DNA of 63,945 nt, counting the filler, from Reclinomonas americana ATCC 50394 (taxonomy: Eukaryota): NCBI GenBank assembly GCA_048213135.1. It is 8 parts of 4 records of this genome, joined end to end, with 100 filler letters (N's around TTAATTAATTAA, not from the genome) between each part and the next. Parts side by side here need not be neighbours in the genome. Positions count along the whole stretch, not along the records: positions 41,834 to 53,806 come from PS015326.1; positions 53,907 to 59,733 come from PS015327.1; 6 more parts are not named here. One strand, 5' to 3'. Shown here one piece after another: positions 46,807 through 59,339 of this stretch. How positions within the stretch are numbered: the first letter of the stretch is position 1; each line of letters starts with the position of its first letter. The notes below the pieces were generated by a model, which saw only the letters and a program-made list of their open reading frames with translations, searched no databases and had not been told where the DNA came from. Both the position numbers and the translations under genes were made by a program.

Positions 46807-49800
46807 TGTGTATCGTAACGCACCTTCCACCCTCCGCCCGTCCGCATGCACATCGATGCGACCCCATATGGCGCTGCCGTCGGATAGACCGCACGCCACA
46901 AGACACCTCTCAGCGTGTCGATTTCGCGAAGAAGCCGCCATGTCATTCACAATAACCACGGATGAGGCGTGCTCGAGGCCCAAGTGCTGCCGATCGGTAA
47001 GTTTACGCAGGTGAGGGCACCATCAAGTGCGACGACATGCACGAACTGACCAATGTGTACAAGCTCTCGAAACCCTGCGCTGCCGTCCATCGCAGAATTT
47101 GGAGGGCATTTTCCGTCCACGAACCAACGGCGCACAGGCAGCCTGATGAGTCACGCGCGGCGAGTGAGTGGCGTAGTGAATCACGGTGCAGTCAAGCTGA
47201 CTTCAAACTTCGCACCGCCATCCTGCTTCTCGTCGAGCGCCACACATGACGCCTGCAAGCCGAGATCGACCGACTTTAGCACCGCCAGTCGCCCGTGCGC
47301 TGACGACACTTCCAACAGGTGCAGTTCGGCGGCACAGTTTACCAGGACCTGGAGGCAAGGTAAGTGTGGCTCTCACTCTCCTTCCTCCCTTTCTCTCCCT
47401 CTCTCCTTTCGCTCCCTGCCTGTCTCCCACAGCTCTCACCCTCCTTCCCTCACTCTTCTCGCACTTCTGCTTTGAGACTGCCTCTTCGTCCCTCACACTC
47501 TCTCGCCCCTACTCTCAAATGACGAAGAAATTGAAAGCGTTCGACAACAAACACCAATCTCAGATAGGAACGTCCAACCACACCTTGGTCAAACCGACGG
47601 CTGCATGCGACACAGCGGTCTCCGACAGAGGCGACCACGTGTCAACCAGCTGCAACGAAGGCGAACAGCGTACCGACCGGACGCCACTCGCCGTCACTTG
47701 TACCACCCACGCCTGGCACACAGCGCCCATGGCCAACGTCACAGCGTCCTCAACGAGGGCCGGGGCCAGCGAGGTGGACTCGAACTCGGCGTGCTCTACC
47801 GACATGAAGACGGTTTGCGATGAGGCCGAGTACACAAAGGCCAGGTGCGTGTGGAATGGTTGCGACGGCTGCACTGAGAACCTGCGACATAAACATTTGT
47901 GGGCATATGATGACAACAAGCACCTCTATGCATCAAACTCAAATGTGCGCTCAGCGTCAGCAAGAAAGCATGCAAAACACAGTGAGGATCAAGGGACAGA
48001 AGGCGCATGGAGAGAGAAGACGAGAGAGGGAGACAGAAGAGCTCTGTGTCATTGCACGTGGCTGCGCTCCGCTCATCGATAGCAGAGTCAGGATGTCTTG
48101 CACTCTGCAGCTCGGAGATCAGCGCCCTGGCTGGCTTGCATATCACAAACAAGACGGTCGCTTTCTCTCCCTCGCCCTCACCCTCACCCGCACCCCCTCC
48201 CTCTCCCTCTCCCTCTCCTCGCTCCCCATGAACTCACGCTAATACAGTCGGGCAACCCTCAAGCGGAATCGCCTCGGCCAGCTCATTCGCCCGTCGGCCG
48301 TGCCGAATCTTGTGCACAATCGATGTCGGAGTCAGCTTGCTCTCGCTCCAGCCCGAGAAACCAGACGGCGTCGCCACGGCATACAGGACGAGTTCAGGCA
48401 CCGGTGAGTCGCCGGCTGACGATGAACCCGAGGCGGCATCATCTGCTGACGACGGCGCGCGAACACCGTGCGCGTTGGAGCACACATCAACCAGCGAGCC
48501 GCGACTTTCCGTGAATTGGGGATTCTGGGTTGGCAAACAAGTCAGCACCATGAACATCGACAACTCCCCACATGAGCGCCTCACCAACTCCTCACACTCC
48601 CACTGGGTGATGGCAGCGCCGGAGAGTCGATGCAACCGCGAGTGACCGTACGACGAGCCAACCATGGCAACAAACGACGCCACCGGATCCGACGCCACCG
48701 GAAGCACAGTGAGCACTGTGCACTCGCACGCCACAGCCTGGGAGATCTCAGCCGGGCCGATCTGTGCCAACACCGTCACGAAACAACTAGGCAGTACAGA
48801 CTGAATGGGAGAATGCAGGGCGAATGCAACTGAGCACACGTTTCCGGCCAGCTCTTGTGTTGGATCGCGGACAAACAACTCCAGCACATGCAGCGCACCC
48901 GCCGAGTCGCACAAGACCGACTGATGCACGGCACCGGTGTGCTGCGGCAGATCTGGTCTGTCGAGGCGGACACACGCAGAGGGGGCGGCAAACGGCAGCT
49001 GAATCTCAAACAGCAAGCCGTCTTCGCAAAACAAGAGCGCGGACGACGGAGTGATCACGAGCGCCGTGGAGACGGCGGAAGAGAGGTGCGCGACGGGGAG
49101 GATGTGGCGACTCAGGGGGTGGACGTTGCGCACGGCCCAGGGACCTGCGAGAAGAGGGAAGGCGGTGTGAGAGAAAGGTCGAGGCAGGGAGAAACAAAGG
49201 GAGAAAGATTGAATTAGAGAGAAGACACTGGAATATTGACGCGTGACAGGTAGCGGTGGGAGAAGAGAGAGACATAGCGAGAAAAGTGAGTTATGGGCAA
49301 TGAATGCGAGACAAGCGATAAGGAGCACAAAAGGCATGCGGACAAGTGAGAGAAGTGAACGGAGAGAAACTGCGAGGGTGCGATCGCACGGCAAGAATGG
49401 GAAGTGGGTGCGACAGCAGGACAATACAAACAGTGGTGAGATACATGAAAGAAGCATGACTCCTTAGTGCAGCGAGCGTAGAATCGCCTCTGAATCGACT
49501 CAGTCCCCCCTTACGCAAACCTTGGTCCAGTCTTCTGCTCGCAAAATTCGGCACCAAACACTGCACGTGCACGAGTGGAGCGTCGAACCGATGCACCACC
49601 TCCTGATACAAGACGGCCAGAATCGGCACGCCCTGCAAAGCACGTCCATTAACGCCACATCGCACACATATTCCACCACCAAGTACGTGCCTGACAATCC
49701 TGTGCTCCGCGACCCTCCAGGAAGCACATGGACACCACGGCGTCCTTCTCGGTGGCACGCGACAACTGGAAGCGGAATGGCAACTTGGTGGTCACGCGTC

Positions 49801-51898
49801 CCGTGTCACCGACCACCGCTAGCCCGTGCAGCAGGCCACGGAAACCGGCGACACACACGATGCGCTGCGCACTCTGATCGCCGCGGAAACCCGAGCAGCA
49901 GACCACAGGTCGACAAAGCAACTGCACACGAGAGAATCAACAGCAGTTGATGAAGAAGTAGAGTGTGGACAACAACGCGCACCCGTGGAAACTCATCCAT
50001 GGACTCGGAGCGCGCCTTCAACTCGCCGCCCTCGACGGTACAGAAGCGGCACGCCTCCTCGTTCCATTGCACAATCGCAAAGGACATGTCTTCACCGACG
50101 AGGAGCAGGTGATCGCGGCGGAGGCTGCGCGGTGTGGGAAGTGAGGGCGTGAAGGGGAAGGGAGAGGGGGAAGAGATTGAAGGGAAGAAAGAGAAGTATG
50201 TTGCTGTTCTCTCAAGGAGACAGGCTGAGGGAACGATGAAGCCGAGGGGGAGGATGGCGACAGCAGAGGAGAGAGTAGGCCTCTCGCTTCTCCGTTCCTC
50301 GTTGAGCAGGGTCTTCTCATCCCCTTGGTATTGCTCAAAAACGAAAATCGCCGCATTGATAGAAAGCAGGAGAAAGAGAGAAGAGTAACGGAGACTTCAC
50401 CTCCCCCCACTTCGTTCCTCTTCGTCTCTTTGAGGACAGAAATAGTGAGACCGTGATGCGTGCAAGAAGCAGGGGGTGAGGAAAGGGGAGAAGAAGAAGA
50501 TCGCTCTCTGCTCCCTCCTGTATATTCTTATTCCCCACTCCCTCTGTATCTTTCAGCAGAAAGGCGACGATTACGGCGGGAAGAAGTACAGGGGAGGAGC
50601 TCCAACCTCTGCCCACTTCGTTCTTCTTCGTCTCTTTCGTAGAATGTGACTGTAGAGCAAGAAGAAGACGAAGAGGATGATCCCTTTATCAAAAAAAGAT
50701 CGCAGCACGAAGAAGAAGCAAAAACGATATGGAGAAGGGAGGAGGACTCTGCCCATTTCGTCTCTTGGAAGCAAGACGCAGAGACCTCGGAGCAGAAGGC
50801 GCAGGAGAAAAGGTGGAGGAAGCAGCAGGAAGAAGAAGAAGAGCAGTCGCTTGTGCTCAACGTCTTCTTCCCCACTCCTTTTGTATCTTGCAAATATGGA
50901 GAAGAGAGGAGAGACCTGGGATCAGAAGGCGCAGGAGGAAGCAGTGGAAGAAGCAGTGGAGGAAGAAGAACAGTCGCAACGTCTTCTACTTTGTGTCTTT
51001 CCAGCAGAAGAGGAAGCAAGCAGAAGAAGCAAAGACGGAATGGAGAAGAGAGGAGGAGGAGCTCAACCCTCGGTTGGAAGCAAGAATCAGAAGGCACAGG
51101 AGGAAGTAGTGGAAGAAGCAGTGGAGAAAGAAGAACAGTCGCAACGTCTTCTACTTTGTGTCTTTCCAGCAGAAGAGGAAGCAAGCAGAAGAAGCAAAGA
51201 CGGCATGGAGAAGAGAGGAGGAGGAGGAGCTCAACCCTCTGCCCACTTCGTCTCTTGGAAGCAAGAATCAGAAGGCGCAGGAGGAAGTAGTGGAAGAAGC
51301 AGTGGAGGAAGAAGAACAGTCGCAACGTCTTCTACTTTGTGTCTTTCCAGCAGAAGAGGAAGCAAGCAGGAGAAGAGGAGGACTTCTCTCCACTCTCGTC
51401 CTTCTCCTCACCACTCACCGTGAGGGCGACGGAATGCACACTGCAGCCGCCACATCCGCAAACATGCGCTCTTGCAACACACACTCCAGTCGATCGCCTC
51501 CTTCGCCTTCCATCTCCTCGCCCTCGGAGTGCGACCACACAAACACCTCGAGAATGTCATTCTGCACAGAGAGAGAGAGAGAGAGAGAAGAGAAGAGAGA
51601 GGGAGGGAGACAGAGAGTGTGAGAGTGAGGCGGGGAGACAGAGTGTGTGTNNNNNNNNNNNNNNNNNNNNNNNNNNNNNNNNNNNNNNNNNNNNNNNNNN
51701 NNNNNNNNNNNNNNNNNNNNNNNNNNNNNNNNNNNNNNNNNNNNNNNNNNNNNNNNNNNNNNNNNNNNNNNNNNNNNNNNNNNNNNNNNNNNNNNNNNNN
51801 NNNNNNNNNNNNNNNNNNNNNNNNNNNNNNNNNNNNNNNNNNNNNNNNNNNNNNNNNNNNNNNNNNNNNNNNNNNNNNNNNNNNNNNNNNNNNNNNNN

Positions 51899-51970
<72 letters not shown>

Positions 51971-52190
51971 AGTCACTCTCTCTCTCTCTCTCTCTTTCTC
52001 TGTTGCCTCACTGCGGTGTTTCTCTCTCTCACTTGTCTCTCTCTTGTCTCTCTCTTGTCTCTCTCACCTTGCACACCACCAGTGCCTGCTCTGTGTGCGT
52101 CACAAAGTGGCCAGTGCATGAGGCGCTCACACAGGAGCTGCTTTCGGCGCCACTCAGTCGCCTGTTGACAAGTCGTTGCCCGTGAGGCAT
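42714..52190 (-). CDS. Divergent DDB1-like protein (DDB1/CPSF160/SF3B3 triple beta-propeller superfamily, closest to DDB1 by motif order)
   Basis: Ordered DDB1-like motifs: ATG 52190 ...VSASCTGHFVTHTEQALVVCK|NDILEVF...MFADVA|RDHLLLV...; VVSMCFLEG..PILAVLYQE...GPWAVRNV; LCDSAGALHVLEL; VGSSYGHSRL; RGSLVDVC; KIRHG; VQVTASGVR; C-terminal SIDVDFVLRFLSL...VERLV. Stop at 42714. Confidence 0.85.
50590..51405. repeat. Purine-rich intronic tandem repeat (period about 165-181 bp) inside the DDB1-like gene
   Basis: ATCAGAAGGC(G/A)CAGGAGGAAG...GTCGCAACGTCTTCTACTTTGTGTCTTTCCAGCAGAAGAGG recurs at 50921, 51086 and 51267, with more degenerate copies upstream. Confidence 0.9.
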
Positions 52191-53220
52191 TCACAAAGTA
52201 AATAGAAATTGTTTTCTTGTGCTCTGAAGTTGCAGTTGCATCAGATGCTTTTGTAGCTGCTTGTGTGAGTGATAGAGTGGTACAGTGAGTGGGGTTTGGC
52301 ATTGAATCACAAGCGAAAGGGGGAGGAAGAAAGCATGCTTGTGTTCGGATCCTGACATCGATTGGATCCGGAGGTTTGTTTTGCCTGGCGGCTGCATGCG
52401 CTCCACGGCGTCCAAGCCAGGGAATGATGTACAGAGTTATGCGCATTGTGCTCGTTACTGCCGGGCGAGACCACGAATTGCGGGTATTGCAGGCAGAGGA
52501 ATATTAATTCAAACCGTCAACTTCGCGAACTTGTGAACGATTTTGAAGATGACCGCGGTTCCTGCGCAGAGTTCACCATCAGCAAGTACTAGGCGCATTG
52601 CTTTGCATAATTTGTGTAACTTGTTGGCAGGCATCTTCAAGAAATACGCGTTTTGCAAATCGAGGAATTCAATCGCAACTTCGCAGAACCGCCGCGGTTC
52701 CTGAGCAGCTCGAGCTCGCTCCATCGGAAGGTGCTAGGTACCTTCCCGAGCATACTTCGTGCTGCTTTTTGGCAGGCACGGTCACGAGTTACGTACCTAG
52801 CACAAGAGGCATTCGAAACGCCGCGAAAGCATTGATCAAGTTTGCTGAATTCATCTTGGGTTCCTGGAACTTCACGCATCAGTGGCAGGTGTAAAACATG
52901 TTTGCACACATAGTGCGGGCACGGGAGAGCGCTTTGCAGTTGCGGTTCGACGACTGTGGAGCATCTTTTCACGACGGTGACATAACAATGTCGGTTTTAT
53001 ACGCCGGAACAGCATAGAGAGTCGCGCATTGTGATCAGCACAACAGCAACGGGCAGTGAGACTAAAAACAGCCAACACATTGGATGAACGTCCGCTGTCC
53101 TGCGCGTTGTCGATCCACTCCACTCACAAGAGAGCGAGCGAGTCTCTGCGCCTTCGCGTCTGTCTGTGTGTGCGAAAGAGTGAGGCACAAGAGTGCGCAC
53201 ACCGTGTCCACGAGCGGAAA

Positions 53221-53660
53221 ATGTTCAACTTTGGTGAGTGTGTTTTGTTGCGATGAAGATGGCCCTTGTTTCTTTGTCTCTCACTCTCTCTGTCTCTCAC
53301 ACACACACACACTTACTCACAGTTGAGCTGACACGCTCTGTCAACACGTTACAAGCGCAACTGGAACACACGTTGCGTGAGATGCGTGTCTTTTCGGAAG
53401 TCACTCACTCTCTCTCTCTCTCACACTCTTTGTCTGTCTCTCTCTGTTGCACAGTCAACACTTACTGTCAAGCTTGCATTCGCGCGCGGCCTCATTGAAG
53501 GTGAGAAGTGTGTGTGAGAGAGAGACAGAAAGAAACAAGACAGACGCGCGTGTGTGTGTGAAAGAGATAGAGAAACTGTGTGAGATAAAGTGCGTGTAGG
53601 TGGCGACTTAGGCGCACAAAGGTGCAAAGGAACAAGGGTGCACACACACACACACACACA

Positions 53661-53692
<32 letters not shown>

Positions 53693-53764
53693 GAGAGAGA
53701 GAGAGGGAGGGAGGCAGAGACTCTGTGTTCTGTAAGAGGTGCGCTGTTGATCAGAGGTTCTGAG

Positions 53765-53798
<34 letters not shown>

Positions 53799-53906
53799 TC
53801 ACGCACNNNNNNNNNNNNNNNNNNNNNNNNNNNNNNNNNNNNNNNNNNNNTTAATTAATTAANNNNNNNNNNNNNNNNNNNNNNNNNNNNNNNNNNNNNN
53901 NNNNNN

Positions 53907-53938
<32 letters not shown>

Positions 53939-53939
53939 T

Positions 53940-53987
<48 letters not shown>

Positions 53988-56111
53988 CATACAAATGCTA
54001 AAATCGTTCACTCGGGCGCTCTTCTCTTCACTCTCCCCCACTTCCTCCCTCTCTCTCTCTCTCTGCTGGGCATCCGTGTTTGGCCTCTTGTGCACTCGCC
54101 AGTTGTTTGACACGCATGCAGTGCGAGGATCTGTTGCAGTGACACACGTCATCGCTGTGACTCCTTCTTTTCGTCTCGCGTTTCCTGTCTCTCATTCCTC
54201 TCTCCCGTTCCACGCACCACAGAATAGCGTCGCCTCGAAGCGCGTCTCCACTCCCGATGGATCATTATCGTCGCCCTCTGCATTTCAGAGGAGTCCCTCG
54301 GCGGCCGGCGGTGCCGTGTCGCAGACACCACCACCGCCACCGCCTGTTCCTGTGTTGATGGCACAACAGCAGCTGCAACAGCAGCAGCAGCAGTCGACCC
54401 CGTCTCATGCAAGAAGTGGATCCGCAGGTGGTCAATCGCCTGCTGTGCCTCGTCTGGATGGTGCGTACCGTGTGGTACTGAGTGCTGTCCAACTTTCTGT
54501 CTCTCCCTCTCTCGCACTTGCACATGAGCCTTTGCACGTTCTTTCATTCTACTCCCGCGTTCACATCCTCTCTGACATGCGTGAATATTGAATTGCATTG
54601 CCGCTGTCTCCCTACCTTTTTCTTCTCTCTTCTCTCTTCTCTCTTCTCTCTTCTCATCTCATTTCTTCCCTTCCCCCTCTCTTCCTGTTCCCCTTCCTGT
54701 TTCCCTTCCCCCTTCTCCTTCGCCCTGTTCCTTCCCCCTTCTCCTTCCCCCTTCTCCTTCCCCCTTCTCCTTCCCCCTTTCTCCTTCCCCCTTTCTCCTT
54801 CGCCCTTTCTCCTTCGCCCTTTCTCCTTCGCNNNNNNNNNNNNNNNNNNNNNNNNNNNNNNNNNNNNNNNNNNNNNNNNNNNNNNNNNNNNNNNNNNNNN
54901 NNNNNNNNNNNNNNNNNNNNNNNNNNNNNNNNNNNNNNNNNNNNNNNNNNNNNNNNNNNNNNNNNNNNNNNNNNNNNNNNNNNNNNNNNNNNNNNNNNNN
55001 NNNNNNNNNNNNNNNNNNNNNNNNNNNNNNNNNNNNNNNNNNNNNNNNNNNNNNNNNNNNNNNNNNNNNNGTCACTTCCGGCACCACCGGCTGGCGCCAC
55101 CCCCGACGATCGGGAATCGCCGGCGCCGGCCGTGAACACCGTGGCACCAAGTCCACCACCAGTGAAGCGGGGAGATGCGCGGACGGCGGCGGAAAGAAGG
55201 CCACTGGAGGACGGTGGCACGACCACAGTCGCCGCTGAACGTGCATTGGACGAGGACGATTTGCTGTTGCTGGACACGTTGCGGCAGTACGAGCAGGCCA
55301 TGTCGGTGATGGTGGCAAGATTTTTGGAGCAGCAGGTGTGCGCGCACAGCGTGCTCGATTGCTGAAAAGATGTCGGCACGGTCTCACTCGCCGCACTTCC
55401 TCCTCCGCAGCACATGCTGCAAGACGTAGTGGCGGAGAATGTCAAGCTGAAGATGTCGCTGGGGGCGGCGGAGCGGGAGAGCAGGGATCGTTTCGAGGAG
55501 AACACGCATTTGCATAGCCGGTTGTATGAGATGTATGAGTTGGCCAGACTGGCGGCCGCACACAGCGAGGCCGAGGCCACGGAATATCAGGTGAGTTGGT
55601 CACTGCGGTGGGGGATGGAGGGCTGTCGTATTTGTGCGCGCTCATCTATGACATGCTGCAGATGGAGATTGCCGCGCTGGAGAAGGAGAATTTAGCATTG
55701 CGCACGGCGCTCTTGTCACCACCACCTGCATCGTCGTCGACTGTCACCACCCCTGCCGCGACGGCAACGTCGCCACCCGCCGGATTGCGACCACCGATAC
55801 TACCGCTGAAGCAGCTGGCTTCGCTGCGTGGCGAGCCGGAGAGGACCCGTGAGCGCGACATGGTGGCGTTGGGTGACGACGATGATGATGATGATGATGA
55901 CGACGACGACGACGACGATGACGATGACGGTGGCGGTGTGACTGGCAACAGTGCGTTTTCTTCACCCGCTGCATCCCGCTCACCGTCCCCACCACCTCCG
56001 CCACCGCGACCGCCACACCTGCCGCAACAACAAGAGGAACAACAGCAGCAGCAGCAACAACAACAACAACAACAAGGGTTTATGGTGCCGCCGTTGAGAT
56101 CACGACGTTGA
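53221..56111 (+). CDS. SIKE/FGFR1OP2-like coiled-coil protein (putative STRIPAK subunit)
   Basis: MFNF|VELTRSVNTLQAQLEHTLREMRVFSE|...LLDTLRQYEQAMSVMVARFLEQQ|...LHSRLYEMYELARLAAAHSEAEATEYQ|MEIAALEKENLALRTALL resembles the recalled family motifs LEEHQSALELIMSKYREQ and ITEMAAVMRKA...IFQLEQENKGLREIL. Poly-D/poly-Q tail; TGA at 56111. Confidence 0.6.
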
Positions 56112-56384
56112 TGTGTCGTCGCCGCTGTTACGTTTTTCTTTTTTAACGAGACAAAAGGAAACGTAGTGGTGGGCGAGGGGGAGTCGAGTGAAATGATGTC
56201 GTTGCTTTCAAGTTGACAACAACAAACAGCAACAGCGACGCAGTTGCATGCTGAGTCCCGCGCTTCTGGCTATTTAGATTGTGGCCATTCGATGCCGCAG
56301 CGCCCTGCTCGTCTTCTTGATCTCCTTGTCCTCCTCCTCCAGTGTCCGACTGCCTGCATTCTACGTATTGCCATGTCCGGCAAC

Positions 56385-56435
56385 AACAACACTTTACTAA
56401 TCCAAACAGCAACACAACTGCATGATGATCACCAT
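56385..56435. repeat. Second copy of the ~50-bp dispersed repeat
   Basis: Aligns with 30745-30792 with a few substitutions and a 2-nt indel. Confidence 0.65.
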
Positions 56436-56811
56436 CGTGTTTTTCCGGATCCGACTTCGACTTCGCGTCAGAGTCTCGACGTCGCTGCTCTTCACATCCC
56501 CAAAGTGTTCTATCATAGGGAGGCCAAGTAAGACTTGCCATAGAGTTGTTTGGCCTTGGACTTCCCTCCGGGAAGCAGTTTCTTCAACGTCGGAACAATT
56601 ACGACCGCAATTGGAATTGACCGCAAACGAATTCAGACGCTTCAACCCAGCTTGATTTTTTTTTATTTTTACGGAGAACGACGGCTATATGCTTCACACA
56701 CCGGTCATATGTTCATAATAATAAAACAAACTAAATAATTCATATAATAATTCATAATTCATTCAGTTGATCAGACTTCTTCTCACTCACTTTTTTTTTT
56801 GTGTGCAAACA

Positions 56812-57389
56812 ATGCCGCCGAAAGGAAGGAAGCGCTCGAAGTCACCAACCTTTGAGTCAATGGAGACTCTGGACGAGGAGCCTCCAGTGAAGAGGCCAAG
56901 GGGCAGGCCGAGGATCGTGCGAGAGGCGAATCCCGACGAGCTCGAGGAGGAGGAGGAGGAGGAACAAGAGTTGACACTGGGCATGCAACTCATCCAAGAC
57001 AACCTCGACTCGCTCATCAAGCTGATGTACGCGGTGCGTGTGTGTGTGTGTGAANNNNNNNNNNNNNNNNNNNNNNNNNNNNNNNNNNNNNNNNNNNNNN
57101 NNNNNNNNNNNNNNNNNNNNNNNNNNNNNNNNNNNNNNNNNNNNNNNNNNNNNNNNNNNNNNNNNNNNNNNNNNNNNNNNNNNNNNNNNNNNNNNNNNNN
57201 NNNNNNNATCGGGCTGCAGCTGCGCAATGGTTAGTGTTCTTGAAGAGTGCATATGGCTCTCCAGTCGGTTCTTTCGTAGTCCTCGCCCGTCGGGAGTACG
57301 ACGTGACAGACATCATGCAGCTCACTAGTGCACTGCAGCTGTGTGTCCGGTCACTCGTTGCAGCAACCAGCGAAGCCGACAGAGGATAG
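56812..57389 (+). CDS. Small AT-hook protein with an acidic tract (middle lies in a gap)
   Basis: MPPKGRKRSKSP...KRPRGRPR (AT-hook core RGRP)...EEEEEEEQE. After the gap an open frame reads RAAAAQWLVFLKSAYG...EADRG* (TAG 57389). Linkage across the gap is assumed. Confidence 0.55.
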
Positions 57390-57725
57390 TTGCATGCTTG
57401 AACTGCGCTCACAGCGAGGCGCCCCCAAAAGCACTCGAGCTCTCCCGTGAGCGATCAGGAGAGATTGCGTTGGTACTCTTGCGTTCACATTCGAAATTAA
57501 CCCGCGACTTTCGCTGCAATCATACAAAGCCCTTGCTCACAACACTCGCTTGCCAAGTGCGCCCTCTTGTTCTGCATGCACAAGAGAACTTCGCGGTGTG
57601 CGCAGCTGGTCCCACCAATTTGTCCGAATTTTTCACACCCTCACACACGCACACACTCCTTGGCTTCGCGGCGACACATAGCCTTCCTGTTTGTGCTTGT
57701 GCGCGTGTGCTTTCGTGCTTACGTC

Positions 57726-58642
57726 ATGAGTGCGCACACAAGACGGTGTGTGCGATAGTTAGACAATATCTATGTGTGTTCACTCACTCACTTGCACACA
57801 CTCGCTCTCTCTTTCCTCCACTCACACAGACGGAGTGCAAGAGCAGTCTCCATCGCGATCACGACATTGGTCATCTTAATTTCACTGTGTCTCATCGCAT
57901 TGTCATCATCATCATCATCATCATCATCATTCATTCTCCTCGCCAATGCGCAATCGGCGACTGTGCTCAACACGCCGATGGCCAACGTGCAAAATGGATC
58001 GGTTTTGTTCACGGCGTTCGCGAGTGCGAATGGAGGCGCAGCGACGACTGTCACGTTTCAGTATGCGACAGATCAGAGTGCGTACTCGTCGACGGTGGTG
58101 TCGCTGGCGGGACAGGCGCAGACGGGCGGGCAGACGAATGGGACTGGCGCTGCGGCGACGTTCAATGGGCCGTTTGGAATCACGTCGACGCCGGCGGGAG
58201 TCATCTATGTGGCCGATCGGTGAGGAGCGCCTTTCTTGCGCCATTCCTTGTGTTGAGGACGCTGTTCGTCAGCAAAGCACCATTGTCAGGCTGCTTGTCT
58301 CTCGCGCGCTCTCTCCGTTCATCTTCCTCCCTCTCTCTCCCCCTCTCTCGCACACCCTCTTCTGTGCTCGTTTCCCCTCTCGCTATCGTATGCTTGAGGC
58401 ACTGTCCACCGAAGACGCGAGGCTGCTCTCTCTCTCTCTCCCTCTCTCTCTCCCTCTCTGTGTGCTTCGATGTCCGTCGTCCCTTCTGCGCTGTCCCGTG
58501 TCTTCACTGCATTCTTTGTGGCCTCGCAACGTCGAGAGCGCATCAACGTGCTGGTGGGCTGCCTTTGTGTGCCTCTTTCTTTCTCTGGAGGGACACGTGT
58601 GTGTGTGTGTGGTGTGCAGATATGTGAGACTGCATTGTTACG

Positions 58643-58678
<36 letters not shown>

Positions 58679-59220
58679 GCTGTCATGCTGAATGGTGCCC
58701 CCTTCATGTCACAGGTCTAGCAACTCCATCCGCCAAGTGACGGCTGCGGGTGTGGTGACGACATTCGCTGGCTCTACCAGCAGCTCAGCCGGTTCTACCG
58801 ATGGCACAGGCACCGGTTCGTTTCTCTCTCGCGCTGTGCTTGCGCAGTGAGCTGTGTTGTGACCCATGTCATGGTGATGCAGCGGCACGGTTCAACGCTC
58901 CTCGTGACATTGTGGTGGATGCGAGCGGCACTCTGTGGGTCTCAGATGTTGCGTGAGATAATCAACAGCAAGCCGTGTGTGTAGTGCGTGAAATAGCTGT
59001 CCATGCGTTCTCGTGTCGTGCGTGTTGCCTCTCTCTTCTCCTCGGCTCTTCTTGACGCCATCAATCACGTTCTTAGCTCACCTTTTTCCCCGTTTCGTGC
59101 ATGCAGTCGGGCAACTCAATCATCCGCTCAATCTCCACGTCGGCCGTTGTCACTTCAGTCGCTGGTCTCGCTGGCACCGCCGGCGCAGTGGACGGCACCG
59201 GCACGGCTGCTCGATTTCAG
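57726..59220 (+). CDS. Distant fourth family member: signal peptide, FN3 N-half, NHL repeats (3' end missing)
   Basis: MSAHTR|RRSARAVSIAITTLVILISLCLIAL...ANA-QSATV...TTVTFQYATD then GQTNGTGAAATFNGPFGI...YVADR|SSNSIRQVT...|AARFNAPRDIVVDASGTLWVSD|SGNSIIRSI...AARFQ. Confidence 0.85.
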
Positions 59221-59339
59221 GTGTGACGCTGCAGCGCAAACGCTCAGCATCATGATCAAATTCTCACTTTGCATTGCTTCANNNNNNNNNNNNNNNNNNN
59301 NGGGAGAGAGATGGCAGAGATATCAGCGCATCTCACCTT

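Noticed and set aside
50921..51400. CRISPR-like array, or the 214-265 aa ORFs over this region as real proteins
   Set aside because: Units are contiguous with no unique spacers, the context is eukaryotic, and the ORFs arise from stop-poor repeats inside a DDB1-like intron.
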